64,000 bases of DNA from an uncultured Gammaproteobacteria bacterium (GTDB lineage Bacteria > Pseudomonadota > Gammaproteobacteria > DRLM01), in contig CAVSNY010000003.1 in NCBI GenBank assembly GCA_963729605.1, positions 160,001-224,000 of the forward strand. Direction: 5' to 3'. The notes under the pieces are model-generated. The model saw only the letters and a program-made list of their open reading frames with translations, had not been told where the DNA came from and searched no databases. The first letter of the stretch is position 1, and the number at the start of each line of letters is the position of its first letter. Shown one piece after another: positions 29,119 to 41,828 of the stretch. A program made the position numbers and the translations under genes.

Positions 29119-29576
29119 TCCCCGACGAAGCGGCCACCCTGGCCTTGGGCGCGGCGCTGGCGCGGGCCTGCGCGCCGGGCACGGTGGTTTATCTGGTGGG
29201 CGAACTCGGCGCGGGCAAGACCACCCTGGTCCGCGGCTGGCTGCACGGCCTGGGTTATCGCGGCACTGTAAAAAGCCCCACCTATACCTTGGTCGAGCCC
29301 TATGAGGTCGCGGGATTGCGCCTCTATCATTGCGATCTCTATCGCCTGAACGATCCCGAGGAATTGGAATATCTCGGCCTGCGGGACAGCCTGGACGACC
29401 GCTCGCTGCTGTTGATCGAATGGCCATCGCGCGGTGGCGATAGATTGCCTCCCGCTGATTTGACTATCACTCTGCAACACCAAGTCGCGGGCCGGCGGGT
29501 AAACATGGTCGCCCACACGCCGCGCGGCGACTCCCTGCTTTCCCAACTCGACATGGCGGCCTTCAGCCCCGCTTGA
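29106..29576 (+). CDS. tsaE: tRNA t6A biosynthesis ATPase
   Basis: GELGAGKTT, VKSPTYTLVE, H.DLYR, IEW. Confidence 0.96.
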   Translation: MERLIPDEAATLALGAALARACAPGTVVYLVGELGAGKTTLVRGWLHGLGYRGTVKSPTYTLVEPYEVAGLRLYHCDLYRLNDPEELEYLGLRDSLDDRSLLLIEWPSRGGDRLPPADLTITLQHQVAGRRVNMVAHTPRGDSLLSQLDMAAFSPA

Positions 29577-29731
29577 GACAGGCCGATAGCCGTTGGTGAA
29601 TGGCAGATAGCGGCGACTATTGTATCCACCAGACAACATCGTGACCTAACTAGCCGATTCGATTTAAAAATGCTTGCGAAACGCATCATGATTCGGTATA
29701 TCATGCCGGAGAGCGCTACAGGGACGCGGAG

Positions 29732-31150
29732 ATGAAAAGAATATTGGCTCTATTATTGTTACTGGTATCCACCCCGAGTCAGGCGGCGACCAAGGTGGAA
29801 CAGGTGCGACTCGCCTCCGCCGCCGATGTCACCCGTGTCGTGTTTCATTTGAGCGCGCCGAGCACCTATAAACTATTCAGTCTGCCCAACCCCAACCGGG
29901 TGGTCATCGATATCGCCGATGCCCGCTTCGCCACCACGCTGGCCGGGGTGGATTTCACCGGCAGCGCGGTCAAAACCTTGCGCACCGGGCCCCGCGACGG
30001 CGGCGCCTTGCGCGTCGTATTGGAAGTGAACGGCAAACCCAAGCCCAAGAGTTTCATCCTCCAGCCCTCCGAGGGGCAAGGTTATCGCTTGGTCGTGGAC
30101 TTGGAATCGCCGGGCGTGGTCAACGTGGCGCAGGCCGCGCCGAGCCCGCTGCCCGTTCCGGCCGCCGTGTCGGTGATCGACGCCACACCCAATGTCGCCG
30201 CCGCCGCGCCGAGTGTCGCCATCGCGCCGCCCGTGCAAAACATAATATCCGCCCCCGCCAACAGCGCCAAAGAGCCGCTGCGCGATCTGGTCATCGCCAT
30301 CGATGCCGGCCACGGCGGCGTCGATCCGGGCGCCATCGGTCCGAACGGCACCCGTGAAAAAGACGTGGTTCTCGCCATCTCGCGCCAGCTCGAAAGTCTG
30401 ATCCGGGCCGAACCCGGCATGCGGCCGATCATGGTGCGCGACGGCGATTATTTCGTGCGGCTGCGCGACCGGGTCAACAAGGCCCGCGACGGCAAGGCCG
30501 ATTTGCTGATCTCGATCCACGCCGACGCGGTGAACGAGCGTTCGGCCAAAGGCTCGTCGGTGTATGTGCTCTCCAGCCGCGGCGCCAGCAGCGAGGCGGC
30601 GCGCTGGCTGGCCGAAAAGGAAAACGCCTCCGATCTGGTAGGCGGGGTGAGCCTGGACGACAAAGACGGCGTATTGAAATCGGTGCTGCTGGACTTGTCG
30701 CAAACCGCCTCCATCGAGGCCAGCCTGACCGCCGGCGGCCGGGTCTTGCGATATCTCAAGGATGTGAATCAATTGCACCGCCACCGCGTCGAGCAGGCGG
30801 GCTTCGCGGTGTTGAAGGCGCCGGACATCCCTTCCATGTTGGTGGAGACCGCCTTTATTTCCAATCCGGATGAAGAAAGAAAGCTTAGTTCGGCCGCTCA
30901 CCAGCGCCAACTCGCGCTCGCCATCCTCAACGGCGTGAAGGATTATTTCCGCACCCACGCGCCGCCGGGCACCAAGTTTGCGTTGTGGAATTCCTCGCGC
31001 CAGCACGTGGTCGCGCGAGGCGATACCCTGTCGGGCATCGCCGATCGGTACGGCATCAGCATCGCCCAATTGCGGGTGAGCAATAAAATATCCGGCGATC
31101 GCCTGTTGGTGGGCGGCGTATTGCATATTCCTTCCAGCGACGGCACCTGA
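29732..31150 (+). CDS. amiB: N-acetylmuramoyl-L-alanine amidase (AMIN + Amidase_3 + LysM)
   Basis: [30 protein letters not shown]-terminal LysM; tsaE-amiB-mutL synteny. Confidence 0.9.
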   Translation: MKRILALLLLLVSTPSQAATKVEQVRLASAADVTRVVFHLSAPSTYKLFSLPNPNRVVIDIADARFATTLAGVDFTGSAVKTLRTGPRDGGALRVVLEVNGKPKPKSFILQPSEGQGYRLVVDLESPGVVNVAQAAPSPLPVPAAVSVIDATPNVAAAAPSVAIAPPVQNIISAPANSAKEPLRDLVIAIDAGHGGVDPGAIGPNGTREKDVVLAISRQLESLIRAEPGMRPIMVRDGDYFVRLRDRVNKARDGKADLLISIHADAVNERSAKGSSVYVLSSRGASSEAARWLAEKENASDLVGGVSLDDKDGVLKSVLLDLSQTASIEASLTAGGRVLRYLKDVNQLHRHRVEQAGFAVLKAPDIPSMLVETAFISNPDEERKLSSAAHQRQLALAILNGVKDYFRTHAPPGTKFALWNSSRQHVVARGDTLSGIADRYGISIAQLRVSNKISGDRLLVGGVLHIPSSDGT

Positions 31151-31171
31151 TATTTTCAATATCCGTCACCG

Positions 31172-31210
31172 ACGGGGCGAACGGTTCACCGTTCGCCCCG
31201 TTTTGCTTTT
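31172..31210 (+). terminator. Rho-independent terminator after amiB
   Basis: ACGGGGCGAACGG-TTCA-CCGTTCGCCCCGT followed by TTTGCTTTT. Confidence 0.75.
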
Positions 31211-31251
31211 ATAATCCCCGGCATCTTCGTCTCGGATGCCGGCCGCCGTTC

Positions 31252-33055
31252 ATGTCCACCACACGTATTCAACTCCTGCCCGCCATCCTCGCCAATCAAA
31301 TCGCCGCCGGCGAAGTGGTGGAGCGGCCGTCGTCGGTCGTCAAAGAGCTGGTGGAAAACAGCCTCGACGCCGGGGCGCGCCGCATCGACATCGAGGTGCG
31401 GGAGGGCGGGGTGCGCCTCATCCGCGTGCGCGACGACGGCGGCGGCATCCATCGCGACGATCTGGCCCTGGCCCTCAGCCGCCACGCCACCAGCAAGATC
31501 CGCAGCTTCGACGATCTGGTCGCGGTGCGCAGCCTCGGTTTCCGCGGCGAGGCCTTGCCGAGTATCGGTTCGGTGTCGCGGCTGAGTCTGACCTCGCGGG
31601 TGGTGGACGGCGAAAGCGGCTGGCGGGTGGACAGCGACGGCGAGCGGTTCAGCGAACCCGCGCCCGCCGCCCATCCCACCGGCACCACGGTGGAAGTGCG
31701 CGATTTGTTTTTCAACACGCCGGCGCGGCGCAAATTCATGCGGGCCGAGCGCACCGAGTTCAATCACCTCGAAGAAGTGGTCAAGCGCATCGCCCTGAGC
31801 CGCTTCGACGTGAGCTTCAACTTGAGCCACAACGAACGCCCGGTGCACGACCTGCGCGCCGCCGCCAACGACGTGGAACGCGCCCGGCGAGTGGCCGCCC
31901 TATGCGGACAAACTTTCATCGAAGAGCGCGGTGGAGATTCGCTTCGACGCCGGCGAGCTGCGATTACGCGGCTGGATCGGCCTGCCGACCTTTTCGCGCA
32001 GCCAATCCGACATGCAGCATTTCTACGTCAACGGCCGGGTGGTGCGCGACAAGCTGGTGGCCCACGCCATCCGTCAAGCGTATCAGGACGTGTTGTTTCA
32101 CGGCCGCCATCCCGCCTTCGTGTTGTACCTCGACGTTCCGCCGCAGGATGTGGACGTCAACGTGCATCCCACCAAACACGAGGTGCGTTTCCGCGAAGGC
32201 CGTACCGTGCATGATTTTCTGTTTCGCGGCATACACGATGCGCTGGCGCAGGTGCGGCCCGCAAGCGTACCCGCACCATTCCAATCGACACCGCCGGAGC
32301 ACGCGATGTCCGCGCCGGCCGCGCGGCCGTGGAACTCGGCGACATACGGGCGGCCCGCCAGCCAGTCGCATCTGTCCTTGGCGGTGAAGGAACAGATCGA
32401 CGCCTACGGCGTCTTGCATCCGCCGGTTCACGGCATGCCGAACGAGTTGCCGCGCACTGCGGAGCAGGGCATCCCGCCCTTGGGTTACGCCATCGCGCAA
32501 TTGCACGGCGTGTACATCCTCGCGGAAAACAGCGACGGCTTAGTGGTGGTGGACATGCACGCCGCCCACGAGCGCATCACCTATGAACGCATGAAGCAGG
32601 CCCACGAGCAGGGCCGCGTCATCTCGCAACCCTTATTGGTGCCGGTGACTTTGCATGTGAGTGAACACGAGGCGCGGCTCGCCGAGGAACATCACGATGT
32701 ATTCGCGCAACTGGGTTTCGAGATAAATCGTTTAGGCCCGGATACCTTGGCGATCCGCCAATTGCCCGCGCTGTTGTGCGATGCCGACGTCACGCCGCTG
32801 GTGCGCGACGTATTGGCGGATCTGGCGACCCACGGCGGCAGCGCGCGGATCAGCGAGCATCTCAATGAATTGATGGCCACCATGGCCTGTCACGGCGCGG
32901 TGCGCGCCCACCGCAAACTCAGCCTGCCGGAAATGAACGCCCTGCTGCGCGACATGGAGCACACCGAACGCAGCGGCCAGTGCAACCACGGCCGACCGAC
33001 CTGGGTGTCATTGCGGATGGACGAGCTGGATAAATTGTTTCTGCGCGGGCGGTGA
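31252..33055 (+). pseudogene. mutL: DNA mismatch repair protein MutL with one +1 frameshift near 31925-31931
   Basis: N-terminal [17 protein letters not shown] in one frame; [30 protein letters not shown] in the next frame. Confidence 0.9.
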
Positions 33056-33359
33056 GCGCGCGGCAAAGGGCGCAGGCGGATAACATCCTTAACGTGGAAC
33101 GCATTGCAAGTAAGCGTAGTCTGGATTGAGCGTTTTATGCGAAACCCGGGGTAGTAGATATGGCAAATGGGAAGGTTAATTAACAAAAAATGGTGTGGCC
33201 CTGTTCCTCGTTTCATCGCTTTGTGGGTAAGGGTATATATCCAATGGATTGGGTGGGAAGTTCAGTTGAGGCTCGATATGCGGGAACAGGGACGGGGATT
33301 GTCCATCAGACGGCAGCAGTGTATGCGCCTCAATATCGAGATCTCGATAGGAGACAGCC

Positions 33360-33827
33360 ATGAGGCGGCCTCTTAGCTCGCGCTATCTGCGCTACGCTGT
33401 CCTTTCTGTATTTTCGGTCTGGATCATATATGTTTTGGCGTGCATGCATGTCTTGTCGAAGCTTAATGAGATCAGCTTGATAACTAATTACATCTCGCTC
33501 CCGTACTCGTCCACAAGTCCTGTCTATCCGTTTCCTGTTGCTGGCTGGATAACGGATTTGCACTGGAATTTATTTGGTCATCAACGCGTTCTCAGGGCCA
33601 ACCAAAATACCAATGATTACGTAAAGTATCTGCCTGAGCGAGTCGCGCTAGCCGAGCAGATCTCAGAGTCTCTTGACCTCGATCGATCCCAGTTCCTGCT
33701 TACAGAACTCGTATGTGCAAAACGCGACAACGACCACGCTATGCAAGAGATCAAAGCATTCCAGAAGAAATGGTCCAGCCAACCGCTTGGCACTGCGATT
33801 CAAAGATGCGAGCAAAGCCGGCTTTAG
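33360..33827 (+). CDS. Hypothetical membrane-anchored protein (AT-richer)
   Basis: AGGAG RBS, N-terminal TM helix, no recognised motif. Confidence 0.55.
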   Translation: MRRPLSSRYLRYAVLSVFSVWIIYVLACMHVLSKLNEISLITNYISLPYSSTSPVYPFPVAGWITDLHWNLFGHQRVLRANQNTNDYVKYLPERVALAEQISESLDLDRSQFLLTELVCAKRDNDHAMQEIKAFQKKWSSQPLGTAIQRCEQSRL

Positions 33828-33841
33828 CCGAAAGGAGCCAA

Positions 33842-33923
33842 GTAGGGCGGGCACGGTGTTTGGTGCCTACGCGGAAAGCCCAGCCCGGTAGGTTGGGCTG
33901 AACGTTTTTTGTGAAGCCCAACA
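33842..33923 (+). repeat. Two GTAG-type REP palindromes upstream of the RAYT
   Basis: GTAGGGCGGGCAC..GTGCCTACGC and GTAGGTTGGGCTGAA..GAAGCCCAACA. Confidence 0.8.
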
Positions 33924-33942
33924 ATAAGGAGGAAACGAAACG

Positions 33943-34473
33943 ATGCGTTACCGGCGGTCTGATGCGGCGGGAGGAACGTATTTCTTCACGGTGAATCTGG
34001 CCGAGCGGGGTTCGGATAGGCTGGTGCGGCACGTGGATGATTTGCGTGTGGTCACGAATAAGGTGAAGCAAGCCCATCCGTTTGCCGTTGCGGCGATGGT
34101 CGTGTTACCCGAACACCTACATGCGATCTGGCGCCTGCCGCCGGGCGACGCCGATTATCCGGAACGCTGGTCGCTGATCAAGGCGGGATTTTCCCGGTGC
34201 TTGGTGAAAGACGAACGCATCCGCGCCAGCCGCCAGGCCAAACGGGAACGCGGCATTTGGCAGCGGTGGTACTGGGAACACCAAATTGGAGATGAGGCGG
34301 ATTTGGCGCGACACCTGGATTACATTCATTACAACCCGGTGAAGTATGGCTGGGTCAAGTGTCCTGTGGATTGGCCACACTCAACACCGCACGGTTACAT
34401 TGATCGGGGAGTGTTACCAGCGGATTGGGGTGAGCAAATGGGTGATGAGATGGGTGGTTATGGCGAGCGTTGA
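33943..34473 (+). mobile_element. REP-associated tyrosine transposase (RAYT, Y1/HUH)
   Basis: GGTYFFTVN, VVLPEHLHAIW (HUH), IWQR..WEH, YIHYNPVK; flanked by inverted GTAG REPs. Confidence 0.92.
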
Positions 34474-34475
34474 AA

Positions 34476-34507
34476 TGTTGGGCTTCATTTCATTCAGCCC
34501 AACCTAC
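34476..34507 (-). repeat. GTAG REP palindrome downstream of the RAYT (inverted copy of 33888-33923)
   Basis: Reverse complement reads GTAGGTTGGGCTGAATGAAATGAAGCCCAACA. Confidence 0.85.
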
Positions 34508-34595
34508 GGTGCTGACAGCGCCAACACCTCCACGCAAACAGATATACACGGTTTGTTGGATTACACCAAAACCCTTAAATACAGGAGAAGTACTC

Positions 34596-35964
34596 ATGTT
34601 CACTATTGATGTGCCATATGTGCCGGTACAGGAAACTCCTGTTGTGTTAGCACAAGCCATCGGCATCGGTGGCACCACACAACAACCAGATTATCTGTTG
34701 AAAGCTTGTGATGAAGTGCCAAGCATGGGTGATCTGACTACGGCAATGAATGCTGTCAATCCTCTTGGTATGCTTAGAATTGCATTGCAAAATAGAGATG
34801 ATCGCTTTATTGATCCTGCGTCAATAGTAAACGTTACAATTGATATCATAGAAGACACTGCTCACGGAAAACTTATTCCTAAATCAACAGGTACTGGAAA
34901 AGCATACTTTATGTACCAGCCTGATGCAGAGTACATCGGCAAAGACAGGGTAATCTTCATGGTTGAGTTTGAGAGCAACCACTACAAGATCGTGGTTGAT
35001 CTTATAGTGTCATTGGGTGTCGACGAAAACTCGCCGCAGTGCCCAGATATCCAACTCATCAAGGTTAAGAAACCTATCTCGGGTTCGCTGGGTAATGACC
35101 TGAACTTCATCTCTCTCAATTTCGCAACGTTGGAGGGCGGTGCGCTTGGCCAAACCGACCTCAATGGCATCACCCTCGACAACAACGCTGCTGGTCACAA
35201 CTGGTACGTCGATCTAACCCCCGGGCTGAACGAAGAGCTCCAGCCGCCCGCGCGCAAATCTATTCAGACCAGTAATCTGCTGCTGGCGAGTAATGCTGAT
35301 AATGAAGGTGTCATTGCATCGGGGGCAGACATAGACACTCCAAGATTTGCCGTAGCGCCAACTAATACCATCACACCAGCGATTGTGCACGCGATAAACA
35401 AGGCACTCGCCAATGAGTGTGTTTCATCTGAGAACCAAACGTATGTTAAAGGTCGTGAAGCACATCTAGGGATTATTGGCCCTGGTAATGTGGTTATGGC
35501 GACGCTTAAATTTGCATACGGAATCACAGAGAAGGGTGAGGTTAAAACTATTGTTGCTCAGGTGCCTAAAAATGGTCATCTGAGTTCGCTCGGTTTGGAA
35601 GTTTCCCCAGAATTTTCTCTTTGGCCCAGTCGACGATTTCCTAAAGCAACTGGATATTAAATCAGTAACTAAAGTAATTTTGTTAGATGCGCCACAGCAT
35701 GGGGTTCTGCAATTTGATACTACCGTACCAGACGCGTCTCGATATGGTATGTATCACTATTCCCCTAACGCTGATTATTATGGCGGCAATGACAAATTTT
35801 ACAAAGGCAGCGACAAGTTTAGTTTTGAAGTCGAAGCAAAGGGACAGCGCTTTAAGGTCATCTACACGGTGTATGTGGTGGACAATGTCGATCAGGTTGA
35901 AAGAAACCCCATCAACGAATCCTGTCCGGGGGGAGGAGCAACATCCTGGCATCTCTTTAAATAG
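34596..35964 (+). pseudogene. Fragmented Ig/cadherin-like repeat protein (adhesin remnant), frame break near 35584-35660
   Basis: Related modules TAHGKL..YQPDAEYIGKD and APQHGVL..YSPNADY..GSDKF, plus partial VPKNGHL; ITLDNNAAGHNWYVD segment; AT-rich. Confidence 0.5.
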
Positions 35965-36000
35965 TTGCCGGGTTCAACACAGAGCGTCGCGCGCCAAGCT

Positions 36001-36888
36001 TTATTCCAACGCCGTCACCCGTAATCTAAGCCGTTTGTCTTCCTGTCCGTGTGTCTTGGCGCTGCGCGTAATGAGGCCAGATTGCTCGTTGTTGTCCGCG
36101 CTGGTGCTGGCGCCGAGCAAGATCCATTCGCCCAATTTGCCGGAGACCGTGGTGGTGAGGGCTTGTGTGTCGAGCACCGGCGGCGAGGTGTGGGCTTGAG
36201 CGCTGCTCCGTCGCGGGCTGATCTCGACGGTGACATGTTCGCCGTGCAAACGCGGGCGGGCGTAAAAGCCGCTGCCGGTTTTTAGATACTCGGTGCGTTG
36301 TTCGAACGATAAATCGCCACGGTCCGTTTCGATACGGTAATTGTTATAGGGCAAGAGTTTTCCCACGTCGATGAAGGCCTCGCCGCCTTCGATGACCTGT
36401 ACTTGCTGCTGCAGATCGCCGTCGGCGCGGGAGCGGGTACTCAACACGCGGACGCGTGCGCCGGCGCCCGCGCTGTCCTCAGTCGCGTTCACCTCGGCAT
36501 TGATCTGCGTCTCATCGTGGTTCGCCGCGGCGGCGGAGACGTATTGCACGGTGAGCAACAAACGCCGCAAGGGCCGATCGAGTTGATCGAGCAACGCATG
36601 AATATCGCGAAGAGTGGCGGGTTGGGCGCGGATGATCAGCCGGGAGTCCAGCGCGCTGACCGATTCATCCCCATGTAACAGCGGTTTGATGACCGGGAGG
36701 AGTTCACCGGCGGAGCGATGTTTGAGTGTGATGATTTCCAGCGTCGCCTGGTCCGCGTAGGCAGGATTGAGTGCGCACAGCAACACGACGAATTTACAGA
36801 TAAAGGCGGCGCAGTTCCGGGTCCGCCGTGCCGCTTTGCCAAACTTCGTTGAAAAAAACCAGTAATCTGCGGGTCTCGATGGGGGCAT
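36001..36888 (-). CDS. Secretin N-terminal (NolW-like short domain) protein; start uncertain
   Basis: EIITLKHRSA.ELLP.I.PLL, LDQLDRPLRRL.LTV, QQVQVIEGGEAFI, GFYARPRL, SGKLGEWI.LG. Confidence 0.75.
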   Translation of the reverse strand: MPPSRPADYWFFSTKFGKAARRTRNCAAFICKFVVLLCALNPAYADQATLEIITLKHRSAGELLPVIKPLLHGDESVSALDSRLIIRAQPATLRDIHALLDQLDRPLRRLLLTVQYVSAAAANHDETQINAEVNATEDSAGAGARVRVLSTRSRADGDLQQQVQVIEGGEAFIDVGKLLPYNNYRIETDRGDLSFEQRTEYLKTGSGFYARPRLHGEHVTVEISPRRSSAQAHTSPPVLDTQALTTTVSGKLGEWILLGASTSADNNEQSGLITRSAKTHGQEDKRLRLRVTALE

Positions 36889-37309
36889 GGAAATCAACGG
36901 TCCCTTCCGGGCGGTCGGCGAGTGTACGGTGGAGGTGGCCCACGCCATCCACCACCAACAAGGCTTCATTATACTCTCGGTATTGCTCCGGCGGTTTGCG
37001 CACTTCGATGAAGCTGGTGAGCCGTTGGCAGAGCGGGATCAAACGATGTCCGTATTTCACCGCCCGGCTGGAATCCTTGACCAGGATCCGGATCGCCGCC
37101 GCCTGCTTGGCGCGGATGGCCAAGCCGCGTACCGCATCGATGAAATCCGGATCGTCGTAAATCGGTTTATCGAGATCGCGCGTGTATATTTCCAGGTTGC
37201 GGCGCGCTTGGGCCACCAAGGCGATGGCGGCGGCGCGGTTATCGCCGCTGGTTTCCAACGTTAAGCTGCCGGGTGTCACGCCGAGTTGGTACTGGCTGAA
37301 ATCGAGCAT
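36794..37309 (-). CDS. Conserved hypothetical protein resembling the C-terminal domain of gammaproteobacterial GNAT proteins
   Basis: QARR.LEIYTRDLD...YD, IRILV.D, HRL..L.QRL.S.IEVR, F.EVW. Confidence 0.65.
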   Translation of the reverse strand: MLDFSQYQLGVTPGSLTLETSGDNRAAAIALVAQARRNLEIYTRDLDKPIYDDPDFIDAVRGLAIRAKQAAAIRILVKDSSRAVKYGHRLIPLCQRLTSFIEVRKPPEQYREYNEALLVVDGVGHLHRTLADRPEGTVDFHAPIETRRLLVFFNEVWQSGTADPELRRLYL

Positions 37310-37370
37310 GAGCTAAAAATAACCCGGGGCCGCGCCGCAGGTCCAGAGTGGAATAAGGCCTATTGAATGA

Positions 37371-39542
<2,172 letters not shown>

Positions 39543-39650
39543 TGTGAAACGCGGAGGCGCCGCCGCCATCCGCGATAGCGGGTCATTCTAAAAACCGCGG
39601 ATGCCGGCCACGGAGATCACGGAATCAGAATGCCGAGGCCTTCGGCGAGT

Positions 39651-39678
39651 GCCCTTGTCGGGTGACTTCGACAAGGGC
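39651..39678. terminator. Hairpin between convergent ligA and parvulin genes
   Basis: GCCCTTGTCG-GGTGACTT-CGACAAGGGC. Confidence 0.5.
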
Positions 39679-39718
39679 GCGACATCGTTTTTCCCGTGAG
39701 CAACCGCTTTTTTCAGGC

Positions 39719-40549
39719 TTATTTCATTTCGATCTTGGCCTTGCCGCGCAGGGTTTCCAAGTATTGTGAAATGTGTTGGGACTGTACCACCTCGTCCAAG
39801 CGGTCTTTGATCTCGTCATAGGTGGGCGGGGTGATTTTGCGCACGTCGTCGAGGTTGATGATATGCCAGCCGAATTGGCTCTGAACGGGTTTCTTGGTGT
39901 ATTTGCCTTTTTCGAGGGCGGCGGCGGCCTGCGAGAAGGCCGGCACCATTTGCGCGGGATTGAACCAGCCTAAGTCGCCGCCGCGTTCCGCGGAGGCGCG
40001 GTCCTTGGATTTGCTCTTGGCCAGGGCGCTGAAGTCGCCGCCTTTATCCAATTGGGTGATGAGGTCCTTGGCTTCGGTTTCGCTGTCCACCAGGATGTGG
40101 CGGGCCTTGAATTCCTTCAGTTCCTGGGTCGCGACCTTTTCCTGATACACCTTGCGTTTCTCGGCTTCGGTGGCCGGTTTGGCGCGCAGCATCTCGTTGA
40201 CCGCGGCGTTGGAGAACAGGGTGCGTTTTTGGTTGTGCAGCTCGGTGACGACGATGGGATTTTTGTCGATGCCTTTGGCCAGGGCGTCTTGATACAGCAA
40301 CTCGCGGTCCACCAGGCTTTGCACCGCGTCTTCGCGGCTGAGGGGCTGCTGGGGATTGAAGGCGCGGGCGAAGGCGGCGAGGTCGCGGTTGGTGAGCTTG
40401 GTGCCGTTGACGGTGGCGATCACTTGGTCGGGATTGTTCTGACCGGCGGGGCTGGCGGGCTCGGCGGCGTGGACGGAGCTGGCGTTGGCGACCATCAGGG
40501 CGGCGGCGGCCAGCAGCGTCAACTGGGAGGCGAGGCGTAGGTTATTCAT
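39719..40549 (-). CDS. Periplasmic parvulin (PpiC-type) peptidyl-prolyl isomerase
   Basis: Signal peptide; ARHILV, GGDLGWF, MVPAF, FGWHII. Confidence 0.92.
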   Translation of the reverse strand: MNNLRLASQLTLLAAAALMVANASSVHAAEPASPAGQNNPDQVIATVNGTKLTNRDLAAFARAFNPQQPLSREDAVQSLVDRELLYQDALAKGIDKNPIVVTELHNQKRTLFSNAAVNEMLRAKPATEAEKRKVYQEKVATQELKEFKARHILVDSETEAKDLITQLDKGGDFSALAKSKSKDRASAERGGDLGWFNPAQMVPAFSQAAAALEKGKYTKKPVQSQFGWHIINLDDVRKITPPTYDEIKDRLDEVVQSQHISQYLETLRGKAKIEMK

Positions 40550-40573
40550 GGAATCAATTCCTATTTGTGTAAT

Positions 40574-40867
40574 TTAATCGTTAGCGGCTGACCGTTCTTC
40601 GGGGCTGCGGGCCTGGATGCTCAAGGCGTGGATATCGACGTGCATCATGTCGCGCAGCGCATCGTATACCATGCGGTGGCGTTCCAACAACGCTTTGCCG
40701 GTGAAGCGGCCGGAGACGATGTGGACGGTGTAATGCCCACCGCCGCCGAGGGCGCCGGCGTGGCCGATGTGCTGGTCGCTGTCGTCGATGACCTCGATGG
40801 CGGTCGGCTGCAAGACGAGGGTCAGTTGTTCGCGGATGCGGGCGACGCGTTCGGGCGCCGGGGTCAC
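40574..40867 (-). CDS. bolA: BolA-family protein
   Basis: [17 protein letters not shown]...RHRMVY, IHALSI. Confidence 0.9.
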   Translation of the reverse strand: MTPAPERVARIREQLTLVLQPTAIEVIDDSDQHIGHAGALGGGGHYTVHIVSGRFTGKALLERHRMVYDALRDMMHVDIHALSIQARSPEERSAAND

Positions 40868-41163
40868 GGCAACACCTTTTTGAAGGGCCGCACGGTCACC
40901 TTGGCGTAGACGCCGCCGCTCAAATAGGGATCGGCGTCGGCCCAGGCCTCCGCGTCGCGCTGGCTGGGAAACTCGGCGACGATCAGGCTGCCGGTGAAGC
41001 CGGCGGGGCCGGGATCCGCCGAATCGATGGCGGGAAACGGGCCCGACAATATCAAACGGCCCTCGGCCTTCAAGGCTTCGAGGCGGGCGAGATGCGCCGG
41101 GCGGTTGGCGATACGCCGGGGCAGGCTGTCGGCGACGTCTTCCCCGATGATGGCGTAAAGCAT
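40864..41163 (-). CDS. yciI: YciI-family protein
   Basis: [25 protein letters not shown]. Confidence 0.92.
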   Translation of the reverse strand: MLYAIIGEDVADSLPRRIANRPAHLARLEALKAEGRLILSGPFPAIDSADPGPAGFTGSLIVAEFPSQRDAEAWADADPYLSGGVYAKVTVRPFKKVLP

Positions 41164-41178
41164 GGTCGAAGTCCTTTT

Positions 41179-41727
41179 TTAAGGTTCAGGGGTTTCTTGG
41201 TCCGACTTGATATGGCGGCTCAGATAAAAGGCCTGCGCGATGATGAAAATCACCGTCAGGCCCAACATGCCGAACAATTTGAAGTTGACCCAGGTATCGG
41301 TGTCGTAGTTGAAGGCGACATATAAATTCGCCGCGCCCATCGCCGCGAAAAAACTCACCCAGCTCATGTTCAGGCGCAGCCAGACCGGTTCGGGCAGGCT
41401 GATGTTGGCGGCCATCATGCGTTTGAGCAGGGATTGTTTGCCCACATACTGGCTGCCGAGGAAGACCGCCGCGAACAGCCAGTTCACCAGAGTGGGCTTC
41501 CATTTGATGAAGGTTTCATCCTGTAACAGCAGGGTCAGGCCGCCAAAGACCACGATCACCCAGAGGGTGATCCAGTGCATGTTCTCCACTTTACCGTGGC
41601 GGAACCACGACCAGCCGACTTGGATGACGGAGGCCGCGATCGCCACCGCGGTGGCTACATAGATGTCGTAGAGCTTATAGGCGACGAAGAACAGGACAAT
41701 GGGCAGGAAATCGAATAAAAGTTTCAT
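41179..41727 (-). CDS. yciB: Inner membrane septation protein YciB/IspZ
   Basis: MKLLFDFLP, FIKWKPT, WVNFKLFG. Confidence 0.95.
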   Translation of the reverse strand: MKLLFDFLPIVLFFVAYKLYDIYVATAVAIAASVIQVGWSWFRHGKVENMHWITLWVIVVFGGLTLLLQDETFIKWKPTLVNWLFAAVFLGSQYVGKQSLLKRMMAANISLPEPVWLRLNMSWVSFFAAMGAANLYVAFNYDTDTWVNFKLFGMLGLTVIFIIAQAFYLSRHIKSDQETPEP

Positions 41728-41828
41728 AATCTTAGGATAGTGCGCGCGCTGCTTGCGAAGAGCCGGTATCATACTCCACTTTTCGCGGCCCTGCCCAGTT
41801 GCCCGGATCGCGCAATCGAGAACGGTGA

